Assembly (NCBI GenBank): GCA_965218285.1
Contig: OZ244616.1
Span: 5,960,270-6,024,269 of the forward strand
Direction of reading: 5' to 3'
Length of the DNA stretch: 64,000 nucleotides
DNA from: Candidatus Poribacteria bacterium
GTDB lineage: Bacteria > Poribacteria > WGA-4E > WGA-3G
The notes beneath the pieces were generated by a model. The model saw only the letters and a list, made by a program, of their open reading frames with translations, had not been told where the DNA came from and made no database searches. Position 1 is the stretch's first letter. Each line of letters opens with the position of its first letter. A program made the translations under genes and the position numbers. This document shows positions 37,298 through 46,698 of the stretch, piece after piece.

Positions 37298-37702
37298 TCT
37301 CTGAATCTATCCACAAGATAATCTCGCTTTAGAAGAAAACATGGCGAATGGTAAATATATCGCATTCGCCATGTTATGGTGCTTATATTCAGCACCGATA
37401 GTATTAACCTATATATTTCCGTGCAATGCTATGCATTTCACTTCCATACACGGTTTGCAAGGTGTCCGAGGACACCCAGGAGCTATCTCCCAAAGCATTT
37501 CTGAAATTCAGAAATGCGCTAAAATGTTCGCGAAGCCTCTTGTTTTATCGTGATTTTTGATAAAATAGACGTGGGTATTGCCTAAAAATATCGCAAACAA
37601 TGTCTAAATATCATAACACATATCAACGAATTTATCAAGAAAAATATAGATTTTTAGATACTGTTACTCAACCCCTTGTTGAGAGATTTGAATGAATACG
37701 GA

Positions 37703-38527
37703 CTATTTCCGTTTGATGTCTGCCCAGATAGTAGTCAATTTTCCTGCAGGTACAACAGGAAGAATGCCGGCAATTTCTTGGAAGAATTCTGCTTTGCTGT
37801 TGGCTGCATCTGGATAGATTTTGACAGCGTTGTGCGTTGCATCGTCAAAGTGAAGGTTCATGTAAGCACCTCCTCCAACTTCAGTCACACGAAAAAGCAG
37901 GACGTTTACGCCTTTCTCTAATAAAATTTCAACGTTGAAGTGTACTTTTCTGGCAGCACCTGTCCAGTCAGGGTGATAGTACCATTTGTCTCCATTAATC
38001 CATATCTGTGCATTGTTATCATGGGCAGGCGACATTACGGATGTCATCGCTTTTGGTGAATCAATCACAAGAATACCATGGATGTCAATATTATCTGGGG
38101 GCCCGCCTCTGTTCATGTTATTATTGTCTGCTACAGGCAGTTCAAAGACATTCCATTCCCGGGTTCCACCGTGTCCATCCCAATCAATTTCGTTAATAGT
38201 TTTTGTCTTCTGCAAACCAGCAAGCGTGGAAAGGGTTTCCTGCGTCAGTTCCTCATTGGTGCCTACCTCAATAAGATCTGTTTGTATGATTCCAGCACCA
38301 CCGTTATTTGTGTAGTTGCCATCAGGTCCGTACCATTTGCTGATCCACGTGTTAACTGCGGAGTGGTCTTCCTCATTCTTTCCAGGGGGATTAGTGAAGA
38401 ATTCGCCTTCTTTCAAGGGACCTCCCTTGAGATTAACTTCACCTATTGCAAGCGCGAGATTTGTCACACTGAAAACTAAGCCTAAACTTAGCGTGATTGT
38501 TAACATAAAAAAATAAAATCGTTTCAT
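37703..38527 (-). CDS. Secreted hypothetical protein ending in KLTTIWADIKRK
   Basis: Signal peptide MKRFYFFMLTITLSLGLVFSVTNLALA. No family recognised. The C-terminal motif is shared with the 990-aa LTD protein. Confidence 0.6.
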   Translation of the reverse strand: MKRFYFFMLTITLSLGLVFSVTNLALAIGEVNLKGGPLKEGEFFTNPPGKNEEDHSAVNTWISKWYGPDGNYTNNGGAGIIQTDLIEVGTNEELTQETLSTLAGLQKTKTINEIDWDGHGGTREWNVFELPVADNNNMNRGGPPDNIDIHGILVIDSPKAMTSVMSPAHDNNAQIWINGDKWYYHPDWTGAARKVHFNVEILLEKGVNVLLFRVTEVGGGAYMNLHFDDATHNAVKIYPDAANSKAEFFQEIAGILPVVPAGKLTTIWADIKRK

Positions 38528-38946
38528 TTTTTATCTCCTTCAAAATAAGATTAATTATGACAATCTGTCAATAACATCAATATGATACCATACATCATTT
38601 TTTTTTGTAAAGAGATTAATGTTTTTTTTAGAACTATCTAATTGTCGCGAAGCACTCTTGTGGGAGAGAATCAACGCCGAATCCACCTATTGCATTCGGC
38701 GGGTTTGTAACCCCGACAGGACTTACGCAAATTGAGCAGAAAAGGGACATATTTTACTTAAAAAGTAGTTATTTCGGTGTTTTTAACCCCCTTATTAGGG
38801 GGACTTTTGAACCTATTGCGTAAGTCCTACCCGATTTATCTGACACCGCATTCAGAAAACCGAATACTGATGGTTTTGGCATTTTGTTTAAAGATAAATC
38901 CAAATCAACCTCAAATGCGATTATGAATTTTGGTGGTGTGTGTCTA

Positions 38947-40770
38947 CTACTTTTTAGATGGATATATGTCTAATGCGTCCTGCCATTTTGTGAGTTGCGC
39001 GACTCGTTGTTTAGAATCAGATGGTATTTCAAGAGGTCTACCGCGAGTATCAATAACCAATCCAACTACACCACCCATCGCTTCTGTTGCGACAGGTGTT
39101 CCATGTCCGGCACCAAGGTCAAATCTTCGAGAGGGTTGGAGTTTCAACGATGCTTTTTCACCTATTTCCAGCGGATAGAGTCGTAGATCTCCGAATGGTA
39201 TATCTTCAGTGATGATGGGTCTGTCAGTATAATTTATCTCAATGGAAAGACATGTATCACCTGCTTTGCCGATACCAATAGGTGTAACGCATGTGCCGAG
39301 ATGAATTAGACAATCACGTTCAAAGACCTGTGTTGCAGCTTCCGCATTAACTTGAGCGAGGACACCGAGTTGAGGCATCATAAAGATACTATCTACTGCC
39401 AGATGTGTTATTCCCTCAGGTTGGAATGCGTCGATCATCATGAGCATTGATTGCTGCCGTCGTGGTGCATGCGATAGAACACCCCCACTGCCAACTAACA
39501 TATCTAAAGAGAGCATATTGACAAGTGTTCGCCCGCTTTCCGCTTGATCAAAGGCTTCGGAGATTGTCCGTTGTTGTTGCACACCCCGCAATTCTACTGC
39601 CAACTGCTTGTGTTGTTCAAAAGCCAACCTGAGTGCTTCACGAGCAATCGCCTGCTCAAGCACTAATTCCTGCAGAGTTTGCGGAATCGTCGTCGGACGA
39701 ATCATCTTGTTTTTCACTCGATTCCGAAGATCACCTACCTCAATATCAAAAGGCACCCATCTTAATACGTTGTCTATACCTGCTTCAGCGAGTACATTGG
39801 AGACGCTATAACTCATACCGAGGTTGGCACTGACGGTTCGGTTGAAAATCGCTTCTCCATCACGGTTTTTGAACACCGAAAACACATCGGTTGTCGCACC
39901 GCCTATATCAACGCCAATTACCTGAATATCTTGTTGTGATGAAACTGTCTGTATTATTTCACCAACAGCACCTGGCGTTGGCATGATAGGAGCATCAGTC
40001 CAATCAATCAGTTTTTTGTAACCGGGGGCATGCGCCATCACGTGTTCAAGGAATTGTTCCTGAATTTTGTGTCGGGTAGGCATCAAGTTTTCACGTTCTA
40101 AAACTGGACGGAGGTTATCTACTATCTCCAAAGACATCATATCATCTAAACGTTCTCGGACTAGTTCACATGCATCTTTGTTCCCCGCATAGATGATTGG
40201 AAGTTTATAAGCAATACCAAGCCGTGGTTGCGGACGCGATGCTGCGATAATCTCAGCCAATTCAACAACGTGTGAGGTTGTGCCGCCATCAATGCCACCA
40301 GAGAGGAGGAGCATATCAGGACGAAGCTGTCGAATCCGCTCTATTTTCTCGTGGGGTAGACGTTTATCATTGGAGGCGATGACATCCATGACAATAGCCC
40401 CAGCACCAAGTGCCGCACGTTCAGCACTTTCGCCAGTCATGCTGCGGACTACACCCGCCACCATCATCTGTAACCCACCACCAGCACTGCTTGTTGAAAT
40501 ATAGATGTCAACCCCTTCATCTCCGTTTTGGGGTTTGATGATAACACCGTTATCAAGGAGTTTGCGTCCAGCAAGTTCCTCAACTTCAGTGATAGCGTTG
40601 ATGACACCTGCGGTTACATCTTCAACGGGAGCTTCAACGGTAGTCGGTGCTTCACCACGGACGATAAGTTGATACGCGTCGCCATGTTTTTCAATAAGGA
40701 TTGCCTTGGTTGTTGTGCTACCACAATCTGTGGCGAGAATAGAGCGGATTTCCGCCGCCGATTGGTTCAT
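38947..40770 (-). CDS. Glutamate mutase L (GlmL/MutL-like, ASKHA-fold) family protein
   Basis: ILATDCGSTTTKAILIE N-terminus and a second ATPase-like motif IGVDIGGATTDVFSV. ATG 40770 follows a GAGGAG RBS; the track starts at 40815. Confidence 0.6.
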   Translation of the reverse strand: MNQSAAEIRSILATDCGSTTTKAILIEKHGDAYQLIVRGEAPTTVEAPVEDVTAGVINAITEVEELAGRKLLDNGVIIKPQNGDEGVDIYISTSSAGGGLQMMVAGVVRSMTGESAERAALGAGAIVMDVIASNDKRLPHEKIERIRQLRPDMLLLSGGIDGGTTSHVVELAEIIAASRPQPRLGIAYKLPIIYAGNKDACELVRERLDDMMSLEIVDNLRPVLERENLMPTRHKIQEQFLEHVMAHAPGYKKLIDWTDAPIMPTPGAVGEIIQTVSSQQDIQVIGVDIGGATTDVFSVFKNRDGEAIFNRTVSANLGMSYSVSNVLAEAGIDNVLRWVPFDIEVGDLRNRVKNKMIRPTTIPQTLQELVLEQAIAREALRLAFEQHKQLAVELRGVQQQRTISEAFDQAESGRTLVNMLSLDMLVGSGGVLSHAPRRQQSMLMMIDAFQPEGITHLAVDSIFMMPQLGVLAQVNAEAATQVFERDCLIHLGTCVTPIGIGKAGDTCLSIEINYTDRPIITEDIPFGDLRLYPLEIGEKASLKLQPSRRFDLGAGHGTPVATEAMGGVVGLVIDTRGRPLEIPSDSKQRVAQLTKWQDALDIYPSKK

Positions 40771-40886
40771 ATAGTTCGTCTCCTCTACCGATAAATTAAA
40801 CCTGTCCATTTCCAAATACGCCCAGAAGGAAACCTTCGTCTAATACGGTTCTACGCCCTGTAGCGCAAACTTTTAGTTTGCGTCTA

Positions 40887-41071
40887 ATACCAAATTAACT
40901 TGATCCCAGTTCGTAGTCGCGCAATTCATTGCGCCTCTTTTCTTTGAATATAAGAGGCGCAATGAATTGCGCGACTACAAACGAGTTCTTTCCTTAAATT
41001 GACGCCTATGGTGCGCTTAGGAAAACGCACCTACCGTCCGGAAAATAGGACAAATCGGGTTAATTGCGTAT
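40887..41071. repeat. Short composite MITE carrying a REP doublet
   Basis: ataccaaattaacttgat ... REP / inverted REP (40911-40980) ... aggtgcg-type hairpin ... gggttaattgcgtata. Confidence 0.6.
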
Positions 41072-41259
41072 AAGTCAAAATTTCTATAGCGTGTCAACGT
41101 AACGCGGACAAGTTCTTTACGCGGAATTAAACACCTTAACTTGTCTTGACATTCTAACAAAAAATACACCTAAGGTCAAGCATTATCTTTGGAAATAGAT
41201 AGTTTTTTATTTACTGCACTTCAACTCTCTTGTATGACAGATTTAATCCTCGGTTCATT

Positions 41260-42051
41260 CTAATATCCCAATTGTCGCAAATATTCCCGATTCACTTTCA
41301 TCCGCTCTTCATCCGAACGATCTTCAACCATACCCGGGCATGCAGTAATCCATCGATCATAGTTGAGTTCTTCTAAAGTGGACATAATTCCGGGAAAATC
41401 CATCGCAGTGCCGCCGCCTACATCCACCCAATCCACATTATACGAACTATCATCGCCACCTGTAAACCCAGAATAATCCTGAAGGTGGACATAAACCAGT
41501 ACATCCTTATATCGACGAATAGCCTCTATCGGATCAAATCCCCAAAGTGCGGAATGCGATACATCAATGCACAGTTTGCACTTTCGGAGAAGACTCATAT
41601 ATTTTGCCCAATCCTCAATAGAATCTACTGTTGTATTGGTATGAATATGATAACAGACATCTAATCCGTATCGTGATGCGTATTCTGCCCACTCTTCGGA
41701 AACATCAGCAAGCTTAGCGAGATCAGAGTTGTTTACCGGTCGGTCACTCGGTTTTCCTGTCCCCATGAACATGAAACAATCCGCCCCAACCTCTGCTGCG
41801 AAGTCGATCCTTCGCTTATTAAGTTCCATCTGTTCAAAATTTTTGTCAATCGGCAACCCACGTGCTGTGACCGCAGCGATTGGCATGTCAATATTCTCGC
41901 ACATCCGCCGAATACGTCGCGGTGTGCCTGCCCAATCTAAGGATTGCCGCATTTCCCAGCCATCCCAACCGGCATCCTTGAGTTGTGTTAACAGTTTCTC
42001 AAAATCTGGCTGTTGCCATCGTAACGTACTATATCCAAATTTGAAACCCAT
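41260..42051 (-). CDS. Sugar phosphate isomerase/epimerase (xylose isomerase-like TIM barrel)
   Basis: Typical layout (GFKFGYST..W, HIHTN..., DVSH, HLQD). ATG 42051 follows AAGGAG. Confidence 0.7.
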   Translation of the reverse strand: MGFKFGYSTLRWQQPDFEKLLTQLKDAGWDGWEMRQSLDWAGTPRRIRRMCENIDMPIAAVTARGLPIDKNFEQMELNKRRIDFAAEVGADCFMFMGTGKPSDRPVNNSDLAKLADVSEEWAEYASRYGLDVCYHIHTNTTVDSIEDWAKYMSLLRKCKLCIDVSHSALWGFDPIEAIRRYKDVLVYVHLQDYSGFTGGDDSSYNVDWVDVGGGTAMDFPGIMSTLEELNYDRWITACPGMVEDRSDEERMKVNREYLRQLGY

Positions 42052-42203
42052 ATTATTTTCTCCTTTTCGGTGTTCTTCTATATCAGAAACATTCAGGTAT
42101 AAATTATAACAGATTTTCATATTGCTTGCAATAAATGTTCATATTTGCTAAACTATTAAAAACTCACGGATTTTCCGTTACGACCTATTTTTAAGGAGAA
42201 AGT

Positions 42204-43169
42204 ATGGACAAAGTTAAACTCGGTTTTATCGGTACAGGTGGTATGGCAGGCGCACACATGCGCAACCTGAAAGATAACTTTGAGGATGTTGAATTCTGTG
42301 CAATGTGCGATATTTCAGAAGATCGTTCGAAAGGGCGCGCCGAAGAGTTCGGTGGCAACGCTTACACCGATTTTCGTGTCATGTACGATAAAGAGGATTT
42401 GGACGCTGTTTATATATGCACACCTCCATTTGCGCACGGTGAACAGGAACGGATCGCTTGCGAAAAAGGCGTTGCTATGTTTATTGAGAAACCGATCCAT
42501 TCTGAATTGGAACCGGCTATCATAATCAATGACTACGTTAAAGAAACCGGCACTATCACAAGTGTGGGTTACCACTGGCGTTATGGTGGCAATGCACAGA
42601 ATGCTAAGGCGATGCTTGAAGAGCAACCGCAAATTCTTGGCGCGCTCGGATATTGGATGGGTGGTATGCCCGGAACGCCTTGGTGGCGTGTGCGTGCACA
42701 ATCTGGTGGACAGCACGTCGAACAGACAACTCACATTTTCGATCTGTGCCGTTTTCTGGTTGGCAGTGATGGTAAAACCGTACACGGTGTTGCAAATAGT
42801 GGTAGCATGACGCATATTGAAAACTATGACGTAGATGACATCAGCATGGTTAACATTGAGTTCGAAAATGGTGCTGTTGCTAATATTGTCTCCGCATGTG
42901 CATTGGAAAGTTTCGGTCGTGTGCATCTTGAGGTGTTCACACGTGGACTCGTTGTCACCGTTGGTGGACCTAACAACGCGAACCGTAAAGGTGAAACGGA
43001 ACCGCTTTCTGGTGCTGGTGGCAAAGATCGTGACCGTGTTTTTATTGATGCTGTCAAGAGTGGAGACGACTCAGAAATCCTGTCTCCCTATAGCGACGCG
43101 TTACAGACACTTCGTATCATGCTTGCTGCAAGCAAATCGTTCGAAACCGGTAGAGCCATTGACCTATAA
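42204..43169 (+). CDS. Gfo/Idh/MocA family oxidoreductase
   Basis: N-terminal Rossmann motif VKLGFIGTGGMAGAH and EKP motif (FIEKPI). Confidence 0.8.
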   Translation: MDKVKLGFIGTGGMAGAHMRNLKDNFEDVEFCAMCDISEDRSKGRAEEFGGNAYTDFRVMYDKEDLDAVYICTPPFAHGEQERIACEKGVAMFIEKPIHSELEPAIIINDYVKETGTITSVGYHWRYGGNAQNAKAMLEEQPQILGALGYWMGGMPGTPWWRVRAQSGGQHVEQTTHIFDLCRFLVGSDGKTVHGVANSGSMTHIENYDVDDISMVNIEFENGAVANIVSACALESFGRVHLEVFTRGLVVTVGGPNNANRKGETEPLSGAGGKDRDRVFIDAVKSGDDSEILSPYSDALQTLRIMLAASKSFETGRAIDL

Positions 43170-43281
43170 AATGTAGTAGGCATGCATTGCGTGCCTCATC
43201 AAAATCTAACGTATTCAGTTTATTGAAAATCAAATTTTATTTCTAAAACCTTTTAACTCATAACAGAAAGAGAAAAGAATT

Positions 43282-44037
43282 ATGCCAATTAATCAATCTA
43301 TCTGCTTTGGAAATTTCCGGCGTGACAGAGAGCCGGAAGATGTTATTAAAAAAGCCGCTGAAATCGGTTACAAATCTGTTGAGATGCTACCTGCCGATCT
43401 CTGGCCTGTTGTTCAAGACAATGGGATGCGGGTTGCAATCATCGTTGGACATTCCTCCCTTCCATCTGGTTTGAATGATCTGAGCAATCATGATCGGATA
43501 GAGGATGAGCTGCTCAAGAATATTGATATTGCTGCAGAAAACGACATTCCAGGACTTATCTGTTTTTCTGGCAACCGAGAAGGCAGGTCTGATGAGGAAG
43601 GTCGTGATAACACAATTGCTGGTTTGTCGCGCGTCACTAAAGCTGCTGAAGAAAAGGGAGTCAATCTCTGTATTGAACTGCTCAACAGCAAAGTGAACCA
43701 TCCTGATTATCAGTGCGATAAGACTGAATGGGGTGTTGAAGTATGCAAAGGCGTCGGTTCTCCGCGGGCACTGCTACTCAACGACATCTACCACATGCAG
43801 ATTATGGAAGGCGATCTCATCCGCAACATCACGGACTACAGCGAATATATTGGGCATTACCACACTGCAGGGAACCCTGGACGTCGCGACCTTGATGACG
43901 AACAGGAAATTTATTATCCTGCTGTGATGCGCGCTATCGCAAAAACGGGGTATGACCTCTATGTAGGACATGAGTTTAGTCCTAAAGGTGATCCGTTTGA
44001 TGCCATGCAGCACGCTTATGATGTGTGTAATGTTTAG
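43282..44037 (+). CDS. Hydroxypyruvate isomerase-like TIM-barrel protein
   Basis: GYKSVE, CIELLN, NDIYHMQIMEGDL and HYHTAG..GR.....E motifs typical of Hyi/xylose-isomerase-like proteins. Confidence 0.65.
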   Translation: MPINQSICFGNFRRDREPEDVIKKAAEIGYKSVEMLPADLWPVVQDNGMRVAIIVGHSSLPSGLNDLSNHDRIEDELLKNIDIAAENDIPGLICFSGNREGRSDEEGRDNTIAGLSRVTKAAEEKGVNLCIELLNSKVNHPDYQCDKTEWGVEVCKGVGSPRALLLNDIYHMQIMEGDLIRNITDYSEYIGHYHTAGNPGRRDLDDEQEIYYPAVMRAIAKTGYDLYVGHEFSPKGDPFDAMQHAYDVCNV

Positions 44038-44133
44038 GTTACTTTGAAAAGTGTAAGGGTGGGTCTCTGTACCCGCCCATTCGCCCTATACCAACCGTCG
44101 CTTCCTTCCTTTTACTTAATTCTTATACCAAAA

Positions 44134-46557
44134 ATGAAACCTGAAGAGAAAGCAAGACAAAACATAGATAGCATGCTGGAAGCGTCTGGATGGCAGATTC
44201 AAAATTATAAAGAACGTAATACAGACGCAGCGTTCGGTGTCGCAGTCCGTGAATACCCGTTGAAATACGATCAAAGTGCAGATTATCTCCTCTTTATCAG
44301 TGGGGTTGCGGTAGGTGTTATTGAAGCCAAAAAAGAAGGTAGAACACCCAGCGGTCCACTCCAACAGGCAGAACGGTATCGAGCAAGTTTGCCAGATGAC
44401 TTGCCAAACCTCCCCAGATTTCCGTTTGCCTACGCATCAACAGGGGTTGAGACATATTTTAGGGATATTCGGGATCCTGATTCTCGTTCCCGACAAGTCT
44501 TTACATTTCATACGCCTGATGCCCTCTGGTATCAAGGTAATGAACTCACTACACTCCGTGAAAATCTCAAGGATGAATTGCCTAAGCATCCCTTAGAAAC
44601 AGATATTCTCTGGAATTGCCAGTTTAAGGCAATCAAAGAGCTAGAGAAATCTTTGGCAGAAGCGCGTCAACGTGCTTTAATCCAGATGGCAACAGGCAGC
44701 GGTAAAACGTTTGCTGCTGTAAGCAGCGTATACCGCCTCATCAAATTTGCTAACGTCAAACGTGTTCTTTTTCTGGTAGACCGCAACAATCTCGGGAGAC
44801 AGGCACTTCGCGAGTTTCAGTCTTACAAGACTCCCGATGACAGTAGAAATTTTGCTGAACTCTACAACGTTCAGCACCTCTCTAGCAACATTATTGACGA
44901 AGCAAGTGCTGTCTGTATTACCACTATCCAACGTCTTTACTCAATGCTGACAGGTGAACCCGACTATGAATCGGACGATGAGGAAAGTTCCGCATTTGAA
45001 CAGGAAACAGCAGGTACAACACCTCAAAAAGTTATCTATAACCAAAATATTCCTATTGATACATTTGACCTTATCATTGTTGATGAATGTCACCGCTCTA
45101 TCTACGGCAAATGGCGGCACGTATTAGAATACTTTGACGCGTTCATTGTCGGATTAACCGCAACGCCATATAACCAAACACTCGGTTTTTTTGATCACAA
45201 TCTTGTTTATGAATACCGCCACGAGCAAGCCGTTGAAGACAACGTTAATGTCGGTTATTACGTCTATCGGATTAAAACCGAAATTACAGAAAGCGGCAGC
45301 ACAGTTGCCGAGGGTAGTTATGTTGCAAGACGGGATAGGGTTAGTCGAAGACTTAACTGGGAGGAGTTGGCGGACGATGTTGAATATACAGGAACACAAT
45401 TGGATCGGGAGGTTGTTGCAGAAGATCAGATTCGTACAGTTATTCAGGCTTTCAAAGATAGTCTCTTTACAGAACTCTTTCGCAATAGGCAAACTGTACC
45501 CAAAACACTTATCTTTGCGAAAGATGATTCCCACGCCGAGGATATTGTCCAAATTGTCCGGAATGTATTTGCCAAAGGCGATGATTTCTGCCAAAAGATC
45601 ACCTACAGAAGTGATAAACCTGAGGACCTCATCAGACGATTTCGCACACAATTTAATCCACGAATCGCCGTAAGTGTTGACATGATTTCTACTGGCACCG
45701 ATATAAAGCCGCTTGAGTGTCTGCTCTTTATGCGTGCTGTCCAGTCAAGTGGGTATTTTGAACAGATGATCGGGCGCGGCGTACGGACTATTAATAGAGA
45801 TGATCTGCGCGCCGTCACCAGTGATGCGACTGCAAAAACCCACTTCATTATCGTTGATGCTGTCGGTGTGTGTGAATCTGTCAAAACTGATTCACAACCA
45901 CGTTCAGGTGAACCATCTGTGACTGAGCCAAACGGACCACGAGAAAGAGACCCCAACCAACTACTTGATGATGTAAGCGTAGACCGGGTTATTCAGACTG
46001 GATTTGATCCTCGAAGTTTCACGCAGGTGACTACAGTTATTCACGACTTTAAACGGTTTATTAATGAACACATAGATGAATTAGCAGCGTTACAAATATT
46101 GTGTCAACGGTCGGGGGCGCAAGGCACGCTGACTGAAGACAACTTAAAGGAGTTGGAGCATGCTTTACAACAGCATTCAAACAGTCTAAGTCGCGAGTCA
46201 TTATGGTTTGCTTACGAAAGGGTATTCCCAACAAAAGTTCTCGGAAATACGGAACAGCGTACAGACATCATATCCCTGGTCCGATTCGCTATGAGGTATA
46301 ATCTATATCTGGAACCTTTTAACGCAACCGTCAAAAGACGATATGAAGAATGGATAACCGACAAAGACTTCACACCGGAACAACGTGAATGGCTTGAAAT
46401 GATACGTGACCATATTGCGACTTCGCTTGACATTCGGATGGATGATTTTGGACTTACTCCCTTCGCGGCACAGGGAGGCATTGCGAGAGTTTTTCATCTT
46501 TTTGGAGATGAGTTAGACGATATACTAACGGATCTCACAGACAAATTGGTTTCTTAA
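44134..46557 (+). CDS. hsdR: Type I restriction enzyme R subunit (EcoEI-like C-terminus)
   Basis: N-terminal nuclease motif ADYLLF...GVIEAKK, helicase motifs MATGSGKT / DECHRS / QMIGRGVR, and an EcoEI_R_C-like tail (FTPEQREWLEMIRDHIA). The track start 44044 is likely too early. Confidence 0.9.
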   Translation: MKPEEKARQNIDSMLEASGWQIQNYKERNTDAAFGVAVREYPLKYDQSADYLLFISGVAVGVIEAKKEGRTPSGPLQQAERYRASLPDDLPNLPRFPFAYASTGVETYFRDIRDPDSRSRQVFTFHTPDALWYQGNELTTLRENLKDELPKHPLETDILWNCQFKAIKELEKSLAEARQRALIQMATGSGKTFAAVSSVYRLIKFANVKRVLFLVDRNNLGRQALREFQSYKTPDDSRNFAELYNVQHLSSNIIDEASAVCITTIQRLYSMLTGEPDYESDDEESSAFEQETAGTTPQKVIYNQNIPIDTFDLIIVDECHRSIYGKWRHVLEYFDAFIVGLTATPYNQTLGFFDHNLVYEYRHEQAVEDNVNVGYYVYRIKTEITESGSTVAEGSYVARRDRVSRRLNWEELADDVEYTGTQLDREVVAEDQIRTVIQAFKDSLFTELFRNRQTVPKTLIFAKDDSHAEDIVQIVRNVFAKGDDFCQKITYRSDKPEDLIRRFRTQFNPRIAVSVDMISTGTDIKPLECLLFMRAVQSSGYFEQMIGRGVRTINRDDLRAVTSDATAKTHFIIVDAVGVCESVKTDSQPRSGEPSVTEPNGPRERDPNQLLDDVSVDRVIQTGFDPRSFTQVTTVIHDFKRFINEHIDELAALQILCQRSGAQGTLTEDNLKELEHALQQHSNSLSRESLWFAYERVFPTKVLGNTEQRTDIISLVRFAMRYNLYLEPFNATVKRRYEEWITDKDFTPEQREWLEMIRDHIATSLDIRMDDFGLTPFAAQGGIARVFHLFGDELDDILTDLTDKLVS

Positions 46558-46698
46558 TTTCATCTTTTGTTAAGAGCAGCCTCTAGTCGCGATTGCCTTT
46601 CTAAAACGCTTGCATCCGCACACAGTTTATGCTAAAATTAAGACTCTATGATGACTGTTTTACCGCAATTTTGAAAACACCCCAAAGAGGACCCATAA